From Octopus sinensis (taxonomy: Eukaryota), in the NCBI RefSeq assembly GCF_006345805.1, contig NC_043000.1, positions 137,392,001 to 137,456,000 on the forward strand: a DNA stretch of 64,000 nucleotides, in the 5' to 3' direction. Below the pieces are notes generated by a model. The model ran no database searches and was not told where the DNA came from. It saw only the letters and a program-made list of their open reading frames with translations. The first letter of the stretch is position 1. Each line of letters opens with the position of its first letter. This document shows, one piece after another, positions 26,808 to 38,730 of this stretch. A program made the translations under genes and the position numbers.

Positions 26808-27964
26808 TGACAATCACCGATTGCCGATGAAAAGTCGCTTCCCTTTGCAAATACATATCCTTTTTCCAGTGACGAAAGGTCACTGATATCGAAAAAGTGT
26901 AAACAAGCAATAACAAATCTCTGATCGAGGTATAAACAGTAGCTGCACGCCAATGGGAAGTATTTCTTTCATTTCTGTTTTGCCTTTTCTCTTTTTAATA
27001 TAATCTTTGTGTATTTCTTCTGTTTTAATATTTACATTTTTCATCTTCGTTTCTAAATGCTATAAAATACATAAAAAGAAAACCACTTGCACAGAATACT
27101 ACTATTCGAGCAGTATATCGTCTCATGAGCCTTTCAGGTATCTCGGGTATTTTAACTCCGAGTTTGGAAATAAAGTTTTAAAATTAGGTGGCTATTAACA
27201 GCGCTGCTCTCCAACATCTCTGTCCAAGAAAGAAGATTGTTAGTCAAATTGTTACCATGGTTAATCTTTTCATCCTTTGGTTTCTTCGACACCGATGATC
27301 ATTTTTGATGCTATCAATAACCAAGGGGTCATTATTTGGTTTTGTCCAGCTTCCATAAAAACTGTTCTTCGTCGGGCATTTGTCTGGCGATTGTAGCTAA
27401 ATGCTTGGTTCTGAGACAGGAGATGTCAACTTTAGACACAGCTGGCTTCTTAATCGTATTGTCCTCTGCTTGGTGTGGACATGCTTCCCATTTGGACGAA
27501 GCAAGATGCGTTGTACTAATCTCTGTTGTTAATATGTGCAGAGACGTAAGTTTAGCTGAATGTATTGGTTGACAGCGTAAGATCAACGGTGGTTCTGAAA
27601 TCAACTGGAGTCAGAATGTTGCTCAAAATGGTGAGCATGCTATAGCTCATACTCAGCAGCTAGGAAAACTATTGGGATACTGATCTGCTTTGAACAGTAT
27701 ATGATTAAGAATTTTTTGCAAATACTATTCTATGAATATTGTCGTGTCGCAGACTTAACTTTGATAATGTATGCTGTCTGGATAAGCAGAGCTCCACACA
27801 TAAAGTGTGTTCTTAAAACGTCAGAACATGGAACACCGAGGAATGAGAGAAGCCATAACGGAAAGCGAGGCATGAATGGGAAGTAAGAAGCAGTAGTGAT
27901 TATCGCCTCTTCTCTGTGAGTCACTAACAATCGTGGCTAGAATATCTGATTTGTTTCTTGAACT

Positions 27965-28516
27965 ATAAGGGTTTTGACCGAACCATCAAAGCAAACAAAC
28001 CAGATATTGTTGTGAAAGAACAAAACAATAAAATCGTGTTTATTGATTGACATGATCATATTCTGTGACCATAATATCTCTGAAAAAGAATTTGGTAAGC
28101 TCAGAAAATATATAGATTTGCTAGTCGAAATCGAAAAGATGTGGCATCTCAAGATTGTTACAATACCAGTGATTGTAGGAGCATTTGTAATGATCAAAAA
28201 AGGAACTGAAAATTATTTAAGAAAGGTCCCTGGTTTACTATCACTGCGGGAAGTGCAAAATATTGTCTTAACTGTTACATCACAGCATCGTCGCTGTGAG
28301 TATTCTTTCCTCCTCCTTATTTGTTTACATTATTATTTTTATTATTTAAAAAAATGTTCTCTCTGTCTTTTCCCTTTTCTCTCTCACATGACTTTGTAAA
28401 TGAACAATCTGTTGTGTTCATTTTAATGTCCTACTAATATATACAGTACTTTTCTCTGCCCTGGGAGTCAAGATGACACGGAAAAAAATGGAAGCAGAAT
28501 TGAAAAAAAGACGCTA
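27965..28516 (+). pseudogene. R4/Dong-like non-LTR retrotransposon 3' fragment (restriction-like endonuclease)
   Basis: DRTIKANKPDIVVKEQNNK..LIDMIIFCDHNISEKEFGKLRKYIDLLVEIEKMWHLKIVTIPVIVGAF (PD..D..K RLE pattern), followed by (AAT)n. Confidence 0.8.
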
Positions 28517-28521
28517 ATGAA

Positions 28522-28583
<62 letters not shown>

Positions 28584-28600
28584 TAATAATAATAATAATG

Positions 28601-28685
<85 letters not shown>
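28517..28685. repeat. (AAT)n microsatellite at the 3' end of the R4-like fragment
   Basis: Direct inspection. Confidence 0.95.
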
Positions 28686-28687
<2 letters not shown>

Positions 28688-29079
28688 TGTACAGACACAT
28701 ATGCAAAGTGCTGCTAGTGGATCAACGTCGTTCGATGATGTGAATTAAAGTGTTCGATCAGCTAATTTTCCTCCTATTGAATTAACGTGTAAGTACATAA
28801 GTAGAAACTGAGAAATATATACCTTTAGTGTAAGCCTTGAACGAAATCAGCATAACCGAGTGCGTGACAAGACATGTAACTTTTTAATTATACTTACAAT
28901 CAACCCAGCAATCTTCTAAGTTGTTTTCTTCGGTACCCCAGATGCACACAGAAGGAAGGTGTTGAACCGGTGCTACCGAAAATGACATGCAGTCAGATCA
29001 AACCGTACATACGTGGTGGCGTCAATTCTGTGTGCGCTTGAGTGTAAGCGTGTTTGAAGAAATGTCCTCATATTTTATT

Positions 29080-29305
29080 TATTTCTTTATTGCCCACGGG
29101 GGGGGGGGGGGCTAAACATAGAGGTGACAAACAAGGGGATTAAGTCGATTATATCGACCCCAGTGCGTAACTGGTAATAAATTTATCGACCCCGAAAGGA
29201 TGATGAAAGGCAAAGTCGACCTCGGCGGAATTTGAATGTAGCAGCAGACGAAAATACCGCTAGGCATTTCGCCCGCCGTTTTAACGTTTCTCCCAGCTCA
29301 CCGCC
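29080..29305 (-). mobile_element. SINE family C copy (5'-truncated + copy at 29644-29792)
   Basis: Matches 26486-26715. Confidence 0.75.
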
Positions 29306-29832
29306 TTATGTCCTCACATTTTATTAACGCAGCTTCCTACAAACTGTTCTCCAGTACACATTCACGTGCAGTGAGAGAGAGAGAGGAAGTAGAAAGAGCG
29401 AGTGAGAGATCATTCTGTTTTCCACTTCTGTAGATTATGTAACAATCACTCTTAATGTCAATATCATTTATATCCATAAACATACACACACACACACACA
29501 CACGCACACACACACATATATATATATATTTATATATAGACATTTTGCCAACGTGCTACGCAGTGGGACTGAACGCAGAACCATGTGGTTGGTAAGCAAG
29601 CTACTTACCACAAAGTCTCTCCTGCGTCATATATATATATATATTCCGCCAAGGTCGACTTTGCCTTTCATCCTTTCGGGGTCGGTAAATAAAGTACCAG
29701 TTTCGCACTGGAGTCGATGTAATCGACTTAAATCCGTTTGTCGGTCCTTGTTTGTCCCCTCTATGTTTAGCCCTTTGTGGGCAATAAAGAAATATATATA
29801 TAGAAAGAGAGAAAGAGAAAGAGAGAGAGAGA

Positions 29833-29869
<37 letters not shown>

Positions 29870-30901
29870 GATAGATATTAGGCCAAATGTCACGCCGTCT
29901 GGTATAATGCAATCTTTGGATATAATCTGGTGCCTTTAGTTGTAGTATCAAGTGTAATGTTACAGTTCGTAATTTTTGACGCACACTCTATTTAGCAGTT
30001 GCTGACACCATGTTTGTTAGATATATCTACAAGGAGCAGCAAAACATAGTAATTGCTATACAAACACACGCATATATTAAATTCGGACAACCATATACAA
30101 CAAGATAACGAATTTGCCGTCATCCATTCTCTCTCGCACCGTATATATTTGCTTACTTCTGGCGCATCGTCAAAACATATGTAATTTTTCTTACACTTCA
30201 TTTACCTGTGTACTCTTTCATTAATTGTTGAGTTGAAGTTAAGTTTACTATTGTCCACATATAAATTTTTAATGACGTTTACAAAAATGTTTCGAAAATT
30301 ATTTCTGACAAATTTAACGTTGCAGGATTTATTTTCTGAAAATTAAATGCAAATGACTTAAGAAGATTACAAATTGGAACAGGTTTATTTTCTTGTAGTT
30401 CTTTCCGTGTGGTTGAACACATGATTTACTGGAGGAAAAAATTACTTTGATTTGTGAGGTTACGACAATTATAATATTTTTCCTTCTATGAAAGTTTGTA
30501 TTAGTTTTGTAGTAAGCAATAAATATAATAAAAAATATAAATAATATGCTATGTCGCTGGCAAGCAACTCTCTGATTCATTGTTAATTGTATCCGTTCAC
30601 TGGGAGGTAATTCTCTACTAACGGAATCTAATTTTCGCAGCGGTGAAATCCATATATAATCTAATTAAATGTGTTCTTAAAAGAAAACGTAGAATCATAT
30701 AACAAATAGAATCTTCTCCGTTGACAAGTGGTTTGATTTTAGGACCTGGAGGTAAGAATTTTGATGTGAGGCTTGCGTGGATACATATTTCTCTGTTGTG
30801 CGATTTGGGAAGTGATATTAACTAAGCAAGAGTAATTTAGCATAACATTACTCACATAAAAACGTTGTGGTAATTATTGGGACTTAGTATGTTTTGAAGT
30901 G

Positions 30902-31250
30902 AAGGCGCATGGCTCAGTAGTTGGAGCGTGGAGCTTACGATCGTGAGAAGGTTGTGAGTTCGATTCCCAGACCGGGCTGCGTGTTGTGTTCTTGAGCAAG
31001 ACACTTTATTTCACGTTGCTCCATTTCTCTACGCTGTAGAAATGAGTTGCGGCGTCACTGGTGCTGAGCCGTATCGGCCCCTTTGCCTTTCCCTTGGAAA
31101 ACATCAGTGGCATGGAGAAGGGAGCCTGGTATGCATGGGCGACTACTGGTCTTCCATAAACAGCTTTTCCCGGACAGGTGTCTCGGAGGGTAACTTTCTA
31201 GGTGCAATACCATAGACATTCATGCCCGAAGGGAGCCACCCTTTGGTATG
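30902..31250 (+). mobile_element. tRNA-derived SINE related to family A in the head
   Basis: AAGGCGCATGGCTCAGTAGTTGG (A box) and GAGTTCGATTCCCAGACCGGGC (B box, continuation shared with family A); different body. Confidence 0.7.
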
Positions 31251-32237
31251 TTTTGAGAAATTAGGTATAAAATATCCATGGTTATGTTCCTGGAGACATT
31301 TTCAGAGTTGAATGGAAAATTGTAGCAGTAAATGTTCTTATTCCTACCTCTCTTCGGAGGGGCGGATAGGAGATACCCCATCTTTACTAATTTTCCATTA
31401 AAGCCACAAAATCCTATCTGATTTTCGCTGCGACTTTCGAAATTACCTCTATAAAATATAGATCGAAGATTCTTAAACTGGTATGAAATAGTTTATAAAT
31501 GTTACTTGGGGTATCTATGAGTATAGACATTATCATCATTGGGCTTTTAGAGGAATAACATTTTCCGATCATGAGACCTAAAGTATTTCCAACATCTTAG
31601 CTGTAGTCCGACAAGAGGTAATAGATATATCCTGGACATGATACTTGAAGATTTTTTAATTCCTGAATTATTTATGATGTGAAAGTTTATAATTGCATAA
31701 AATTACCTGTTGTCTCCATCAAGCATTATTGTGCGCTGCTACCCTTGAGTGTGATTTGGACTAATAATCCAACAAGATCTGCGAGAATAACAATTGTAAA
31801 GATGGTGGCCGGTATTATCCAATGATGGAATCAATTTACAATCATTATTTTGGACCTCCAAGCCCACTGCCCCCAGAAACAGCTGTTGGACTCGTAAAAC
31901 TCTTCTTGAATCCTTTTAATTCCCGATATTATTTCTAATCTGAGTAAGTCGGACCTTTTTATATGCAAACATGTACAGTTTTGGGTATAAAATGTATTTT
32001 ATATGTTTTGTATATCGACTTGCCTAATTTGCTTATTCTTACATTACCTGCCCAGGTTTAAACCTCTTGAGCACTACGAAGTGTATTCTATATGGAGAAT
32101 AGGTGTCTCTCGTCTATATATATATTTCTGTGTTCCAAGCGTGGGCTTGAAACGTTTTTCACTTCCCGAGCGTTAAACTAATATATCTGTTTGTTGTTTA
32201 CACACCCGTCTTCGTCTCTGGTTTTTTTCTTAAATTC

Positions 32238-32279
<42 letters not shown>

Positions 32280-32280
<1 letters not shown>

Positions 32281-32490
32281 AAGTTAATCCAAACATAAAG
32301 ACACAAAGAGAAAACACAACAACGTGAGGACGTGGAAAAAGTATAGTGTTATTGCACGCTCGTGACAGGAAAGAAATAAGGAGGATTTAACGTTTCGAGC
32401 GGAGCTCTTCGTCAGAAACATAGGAAAGAGAAAGACCCAAGGAAGGGAAAACGGACGAAAAAAAGTCGTCAACGATACACACACGGTCGC
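32280..32490 (-). mobile_element. ~200-bp solo pLTR-like repeat carrying a minimal hammerhead (32381-32423)
   Basis: Minus strand reads GTTT-CTGACGA-A-GAGC-tcc-GCTC-GAAA-CG-TT-AAA and ends in (TA)n. Second copy at 55146-55345 (+). Confidence 0.7.
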
Positions 32491-34080
32491 GTGCATGTAT
32501 GTATGTATGCATGAGTGTGTGTTTATGCGTGTATGAGTATGACCATACAGGTATGTAGAAATATACTGTGTTAATATTGCTGTGAGTGAGTCGTCACAGA
32601 TATCTATCCGTCTACAAACCCATCTACTTATACGAACACCCACATATCGTCAAAAAACACATACAGTGATTTACATCACTTCCGCTTATATATATATTAT
32701 ATATATATATATATTATATATATATACATATATACGTTTGCACGTCCACACATATACACTCACAATCACATTTATACATGTGCTACCAACGTAGAAATTC
32801 ATAGAAAGGAATAACTTTTACAAGATTTGTTCTACGAAATAGAAAGAGGGGGAGAAAAATTGATAGAGAGAAAGAAACATAGACAGCTAGTGACAAATGA
32901 AAAAAGGGGAAAAAACTGAACAATGTGTAGGAAAACTAGGAATGAATTGTTTAATCAAGCGAGAAGAAAGAAATTTGTATAATAATGAATAAAGTTCAAC
33001 GTAGAAAAGCAGAATAAATACGTTGGCGAGTGAAAAGAAGAAAGTGTAACATTTCAACGCTCATCAATAGTGTTTCGAATAAAACAGAAAGGGATTTAAT
33101 ATAATTTCTTGTAGGAACTCCAAAACTAAAAGAATATTAGTTGTTTTTTTTATTTTAAGGAAGAAGGAAAAATATTACAGGATTATTCGAAACAAAGTTA
33201 AGAACAAAGATTTCGAGAAACGGTTCCTATGAAATTCGGAAAGAAAAAAATTCTTTTGAAGAAATCACTTTTCCGAAGAAAAAAATATAAAATGTTCCAA
33301 ATGTATTGCAACGCTTTGGTTGCGTTTAAAATTAATTTAGTATGAGCCAAAGTTGATATAAAAAAAATTATATAAAATGAATCAAACGTAATATATTATC
33401 ATTTTGTTTTCTAATTTGCCATAGATGTTTTTAGAAAAGAATATGAGACTTGTTCAACAATGTTAGGCCTCTTTTAACAACTAATAAGCCATAAGTCCTT
33501 CATTTTATCCAATCTGTCTTTGCACTTTGTCTTTCGCTCTACTGCACATCATATTACAAACATGTCATCCATATTATTAATACGTGGATTAATTGAAGTC
33601 TTTCTTGATGGGTGGTTCTGCAGATTGCTATATCCGTTTAGAAATGAAATATGTCTAAGCTGTATTAGTTATTTAAGTATTTTCATAACATTTTTTTATG
33701 AGCTTTTCTGTAACTCATCTGAGAGCTCGTGGAATTTAATGTATTCCTGTTTAATAACATACACATATTCATTTAGATTTGCATAAATGCATGCATTGTA
33801 TGTAAGAATATATGTTTAATAGTGCTATGGAACGCGTGCAACTTTTAAATAGGTTGTTCTTACTCAATGTGTCGGCACAGTCAGAACAAGTTTATTCTCT
33901 AATCAAATTTATGGAAATAAGCCTATGATAATAACTAGATTTGCTTCTCTGGGAGAGAAAACTTGACCAGAAGTGTACAAAGTTAAATACATTTCGTTTA
34001 TAGAATTAATACTCTCGTTCGTTGGATGAGACGTTGGGTAATGTTTAAGAATGTACACAAGTTCACACACAAACACACGC

Positions 34081-34163
<83 letters not shown>

Positions 34164-34167
<4 letters not shown>

Positions 34168-34845
34168 GAGGGCATTATTATACATACATGCCACACGCTA
34201 CGAGGGACATTAGTCATTTCTACCAAAAATTTTACTAATCCTACCCAATGCAATCTTTTCAAAGCAAGACATTTAAAAAATGAATTTAGTCTTGTATCAC
34301 CTGTGATTGCGACCGTAACCGCAGTTGCGTCTGTCCTCATCAGCAAGACTGATTCTGAACATATCATAAATAAACGACCCTGTACCGTCAAGACCGAACA
34401 GCTAACTGCTCAACCCCAACGAAGCACATGGGGGAGTTTACATATAATACATCCGGTAAATGGCAGGCTTCTTCGAATTGCATTTCGGATAGGAAAAGTT
34501 TTTTCGGAATAAAATTATTTAACAATTAAGGATAATCTCCTATTAAGGGATCTTAACAAGAAATATCAGGTAGATAGCGTGAAAAACCTCATAAGAGAAA
34601 AATTTCGAAAATAATTCTTTCTTATTGAAAATATTAATTTATATATAGAGGGCATTATTATACATACATGCCACACGCTACGTGTGGCATGTATGTATAA
34701 TAATGCCCTCTATATATAAATTAATATTTTCAATAAGAAAGAATTATTTTCGAAATTTTCTCTTATGAGGTTTTTCACGCTATCTACCTGATAATTTCTT
34801 GTTAAGATCCCTTAATAGGAGGTTATCCTTAATTGTTAAATAATT
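34164..34845 (-). mobile_element. 480-bp PLE pLTR-like unit plus a partial second unit and a 165-bp fold-back inversion; HHR-like motif at 34288-34350
   Basis: 34164-34202 is repeated at 34644-34682. Palindrome arms 34513-34677 and 34681-34845. Minus strand reads AGTCTTG-CTGATGA-GGAC..GGTC-GCAA-TCAC-ag-GTGA-TA-CAAGACT. Confidence 0.7.
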
Positions 34846-35114
34846 AATGTTTTGTAGAGGCGCAATGGCCTAGTGGTTAGGGCAGCGGACTCGCGGTCGC
34901 AGGATCGCGGTTTCGATTCTCAGACTGGGCGTTGTGTGTGTTTATTGAGCGAAAACACCTAAAAGCTCTACGAGGCTCCGGCAGGGGGTGGTGATCCCTG
35001 CTGTACTCTTTCACCACAATGGCGGTGCCCCAGCATGGCCACAGCTCAAGAGCTGAAACTGGACAAACAAACAAACAAACAAAAACAAAATATATATATA
35101 TATATATGTATACT

Positions 35115-35475
35115 CTTTTACCTGTTTCAGTCATTTGACTGCGGCCATGCTGGGGCACCGCCTTTAGTCGAGCAAATCGACCTCGGGACTTATTCTTTAT
35201 AAGCCCAGTACTTATTCTATCGGTCTCTTTTGCCGAACCGCTAAGTGACGGGGACGTAAGCAATGCTAGGGGGACAAACACACACACACATATATACATA
35301 TATATACATATATACGACAGGCTTCTTTCAGTTTCCGTCTAACAAATCCACTCACAAGGCATTGGTCGACCCGGGGCTATAGCAGAAGACACTTGCCCAA
35401 GATGCCACACAGTGGGACTGAACCTGGAACCATGTGGTTGGTTAGCAAGCTACTTACCACACAGCCACTCCTGCG
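35115..35475 (-). mobile_element. SINE family B copy
   Basis: Reverse complement matches 57288-57657. Confidence 0.8.
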
Positions 35476-35699
35476 CCTGTATATATATATATCTTCGTTA
35501 CAATATCATAAATCAGGAGTAGAGCATACCCTATAAAATATAGAGCAGTTGTTTATTTTTGTATGCGTAACGTACAAAAGTTTCAGAAAAAAAACCCCAT
35601 TGGTTTCATATCTAGCATGGACTGAACATCTCTTCAGTTTCTCTAAACGATAAGTCATCAGCCTCAAGTAGGTGTTCGTGACTCTCCCCAGTTCCAGGT

Positions 35700-36685
35700 G
35701 TCGATTTGTTGATCAGAAATGATCTTTGCGTTCCAAGGTTGGATCTAATCCTATTGCCACTGTTTGAACAGAGAGTTCATTTAGTACAGAAAAGTTAGAG
35801 AATGATTTTCCCGATATTTTTTCTACTTTTGCAGGGATTCGGTCAGATCCATGCCGAAAGGTATCTCCTCCAAGTCTTCTTTGCCGAATTATTCCATTTG
35901 TGATTTGTCAGATACTTTCATGGACTATTCTTTTTGTAAGGTAGAGGCTAATGACTTATCTTCAAAGAGTAGTGACTCTTCTGGTCTTCTTGATAGGTCT
36001 GATGGAGAATCGGGAGGTGAAGACATTCTTTATAGAGAGCAACTTATTAGTGCGCAGGTTGAGGATGCTGAGTTGAAGAAGTTAGCTAATAAGGCTGTTT
36101 ATTTTGAGGAGGTTAGCAAGGTTCCAGTTTGTTACTAGTTTAGGGATAGTGTTATGTTGAGGAAATATAAGCTGCAGGACATTCCTGCGGGAGATGAATG
36201 GAAATGTGTCATCAAATTGTCGTACCAAAATTATTACGAAGTCATGTACTTTCATTGGCACATGTAAGTCACATGGTTGGTCACTTAGGTGTAAGTAAAA
36301 CTGGTATGAAATTTTTGGCACATTTCTGTTGGCCTACTTTGAGACAAGATGTGGCCGAACTTTGTAAGACCTGCCATGCGCGCCAAATAGTAGGTAAACC
36401 AAATCAGGATTTTGGAGAAACTTTCAGTCGGGTTATCATTGATTGCATTGGTTCGCTGCCTAAGACTAAGACTGTTAATCAGTATCATCTCACAACCATA
36501 TGTGCTTCTACCAGATTTCCTGAAGCTATTCCTCTTCGTAGGATTGCCGTTCCTGTGATTGCCAAGGCTTTGATCGGGGTTTTTTTTTTACCTTAGTTCG
36601 TTTGCCAAATGTTGTTCAATCCGATCGGGGATCAAGTTTCGTATCTAAAGCGTTTCGGCAGGTTATGTACCGGTTGGGTAAAGGT
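35700..36685 (+). pseudogene. Gypsy/Ty3 LTR retrotransposon integrase remnant
   Basis: QIVVPKLLRSHVLSLAHVSHMVGHLGVSKT..WPTLRQDVAELCKTCH (HHCC region), FSRVIIDCIGSLPKTK..TRFPEAIPLR and VVQSDRGSSFVS (catalytic D, D), with stops and frameshifts. Confidence 0.85.
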
Positions 36686-37069
36686 TAATTGTATTATCAT
36701 AGTCATTATAACAAAGTTTCTGTGAAACTTTCTTTTCCTTAAGTGGGAGAGAGAATGTTACGAGAATGTGTTTTCCTTGGGAAGTAATATAGTGGATTTC
36801 ATTTGGGTATATAGATTCGAACCTGAATCTATAGAATTCGCCTTTAAATTACAACGGCATTTTCTCAGAAAAAGCAATAGTTGACACCAGTTACACTGTC
36901 CACATGGCCTTTCCAAGTCGATTTGTCTTTTCCACTTAACCCTTTTGACCTCTTCTATGCTACCAAAAGCTGAAATTAAATAAGAGCTACCTACGTCAGT
37001 TTCCCATTGTTCTCGGCGATATGTCTCTTTGTCTCGCTATTCTGCAATAATTATAAATACTAACATTCT

Positions 37070-37450
37070 CTCTTGTTTCAGTCATTTGACTGCGGCCATG
37101 CTGGAGCACCGCCTTTAATCGAGTAACTCGACCCCGGGACTTATTCTTTTGTAAGCCCAGTACTTATTCTATCGGTCTCTTTTGCCGAACCGCTAAGTTA
37201 CGGGGACGCAAACACACTAGCATCGGTTGTCAAGCAATGCTAGGGGGACAAACACAGACACACAAACTTACACACACATGCATATATATATATACATATA
37301 TATACGACAAGCTTCTTTCAGTTTCTGTCTACCAAATCCACTCACAAGGCATTGGTCGGCCCGAGGCTATATTAGAAGACACTTGCCCAAAGTGCCAGGC
37401 AGTGGGACTGAACCCGGAACCATGTGGTTGGTAAACAATACTTACCACAG
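37070..37450 (-). mobile_element. SINE family B copy
   Basis: Reverse complement matches 57288-57657. Confidence 0.8.
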
Positions 37451-38159
37451 AGCCACCAGAGGGAAAAGTTGGTTTGTGAAAGAAGACGGCCGCAAGCAGA
37501 TAGGCATACAACTTTCATAAGCTCACCTTTCTCTAACAAAGGCCATTCTGTCTGTCTGTCTCTCCGCTGCTGCCTAAGTGACAGGCAGTACGAAAGTATC
37601 ATTCTGTTTTCCTCCTTCTTGCTATAATTTTATCACTGTCTTTAGCTCACTACTAAGTCCAACATAAGCACGGTAACAACACAAGGAGTTAAAAAGAGTG
37701 ACCTCCCTTTTGTTTTGATCGACATTTTAAGAATTTGGAATAAACGAAGGAAATTGACGACTCCGATCTCCAACATTGGATTTTCAACCAATAAGGACTA
37801 ACAAACTCAGAACATTTTTTGCAATAGCTCAGTGCTTTGGACTCAAATATTTTGTGACGGCCATGTGCCTTGGTCTCAAACATTAATATGCGCTCTCTTT
37901 GATGTGAGTTTAACCAATCTTTTCTCAATACATGATTGACTCACACGGGTTTGTTGATTTCTTTGTCTAACCCCCTAACAATATACAGACATACATATGC
38001 ACATATGAATATGATAGTAGCGTGCCAAGTGGTCTCAGCCCATAGAAGACTTTAGTGCACCACATGAAGTGGGTTGAGAGGCCACATAAAATTATTTTGC
38101 CCATTCATACTTGTACCGGTATATGAACTAATGAACCTACTCCCGCGGCTCGCGTCTCA

Positions 38160-38730
38160 TACATACATACATACATACATACATACCTGCCTACCTGCCT
38201 ACCTGCCTGCCTACCTACCTACCTACCTACCTTCCTACCTACCTACCTACCTACCTACCTACCTACCTACTACCTATCTACCTACCTACCTACCTACCTA
38301 CCTACCTTCTACCTACCTACCTACCTACCTACCTACTACCTACCTACCTACCTACCTACCTACCTACCTACCTACCTATCTACCTACCTACCTACCTACC
38401 TACTACCTATCTACCTACCTATCTACCTACCTACCTACCTACCTACCTACCTACCTACATACATACATACCTACCTACCTACCTACCTACATACCTACCT
38501 ACCTACCTTCCTACCTACCTACCTACCTACCTACCTACCTACCTACCTACCTACCTTCCTACCTACCTACCTACCTACCTACCTACCTACCTACCTACCT
38601 ACCTACCTACCGACCGACCGACCGACCGATCTACCCACCTACCTACCTACCTACCTACCTACCTACCTACCTACCTACCTACCTACATACATACATACAT
38701 ACAAACATACATACATACATACATACATAC
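38160..38730. repeat. Long (CTAC)n/(CATA)n microsatellite
   Basis: Direct inspection. Confidence 0.95.

Noticed and set aside
27330-27580. Possible RTE RT 3' remnant (AWCGHASHLDE)
   Set aside because: Only one weak motif.
31830-31885. GAAACAGCTGTT palindromic helix III-like motif
   Set aside because: No acceptable core or helix II upstream.
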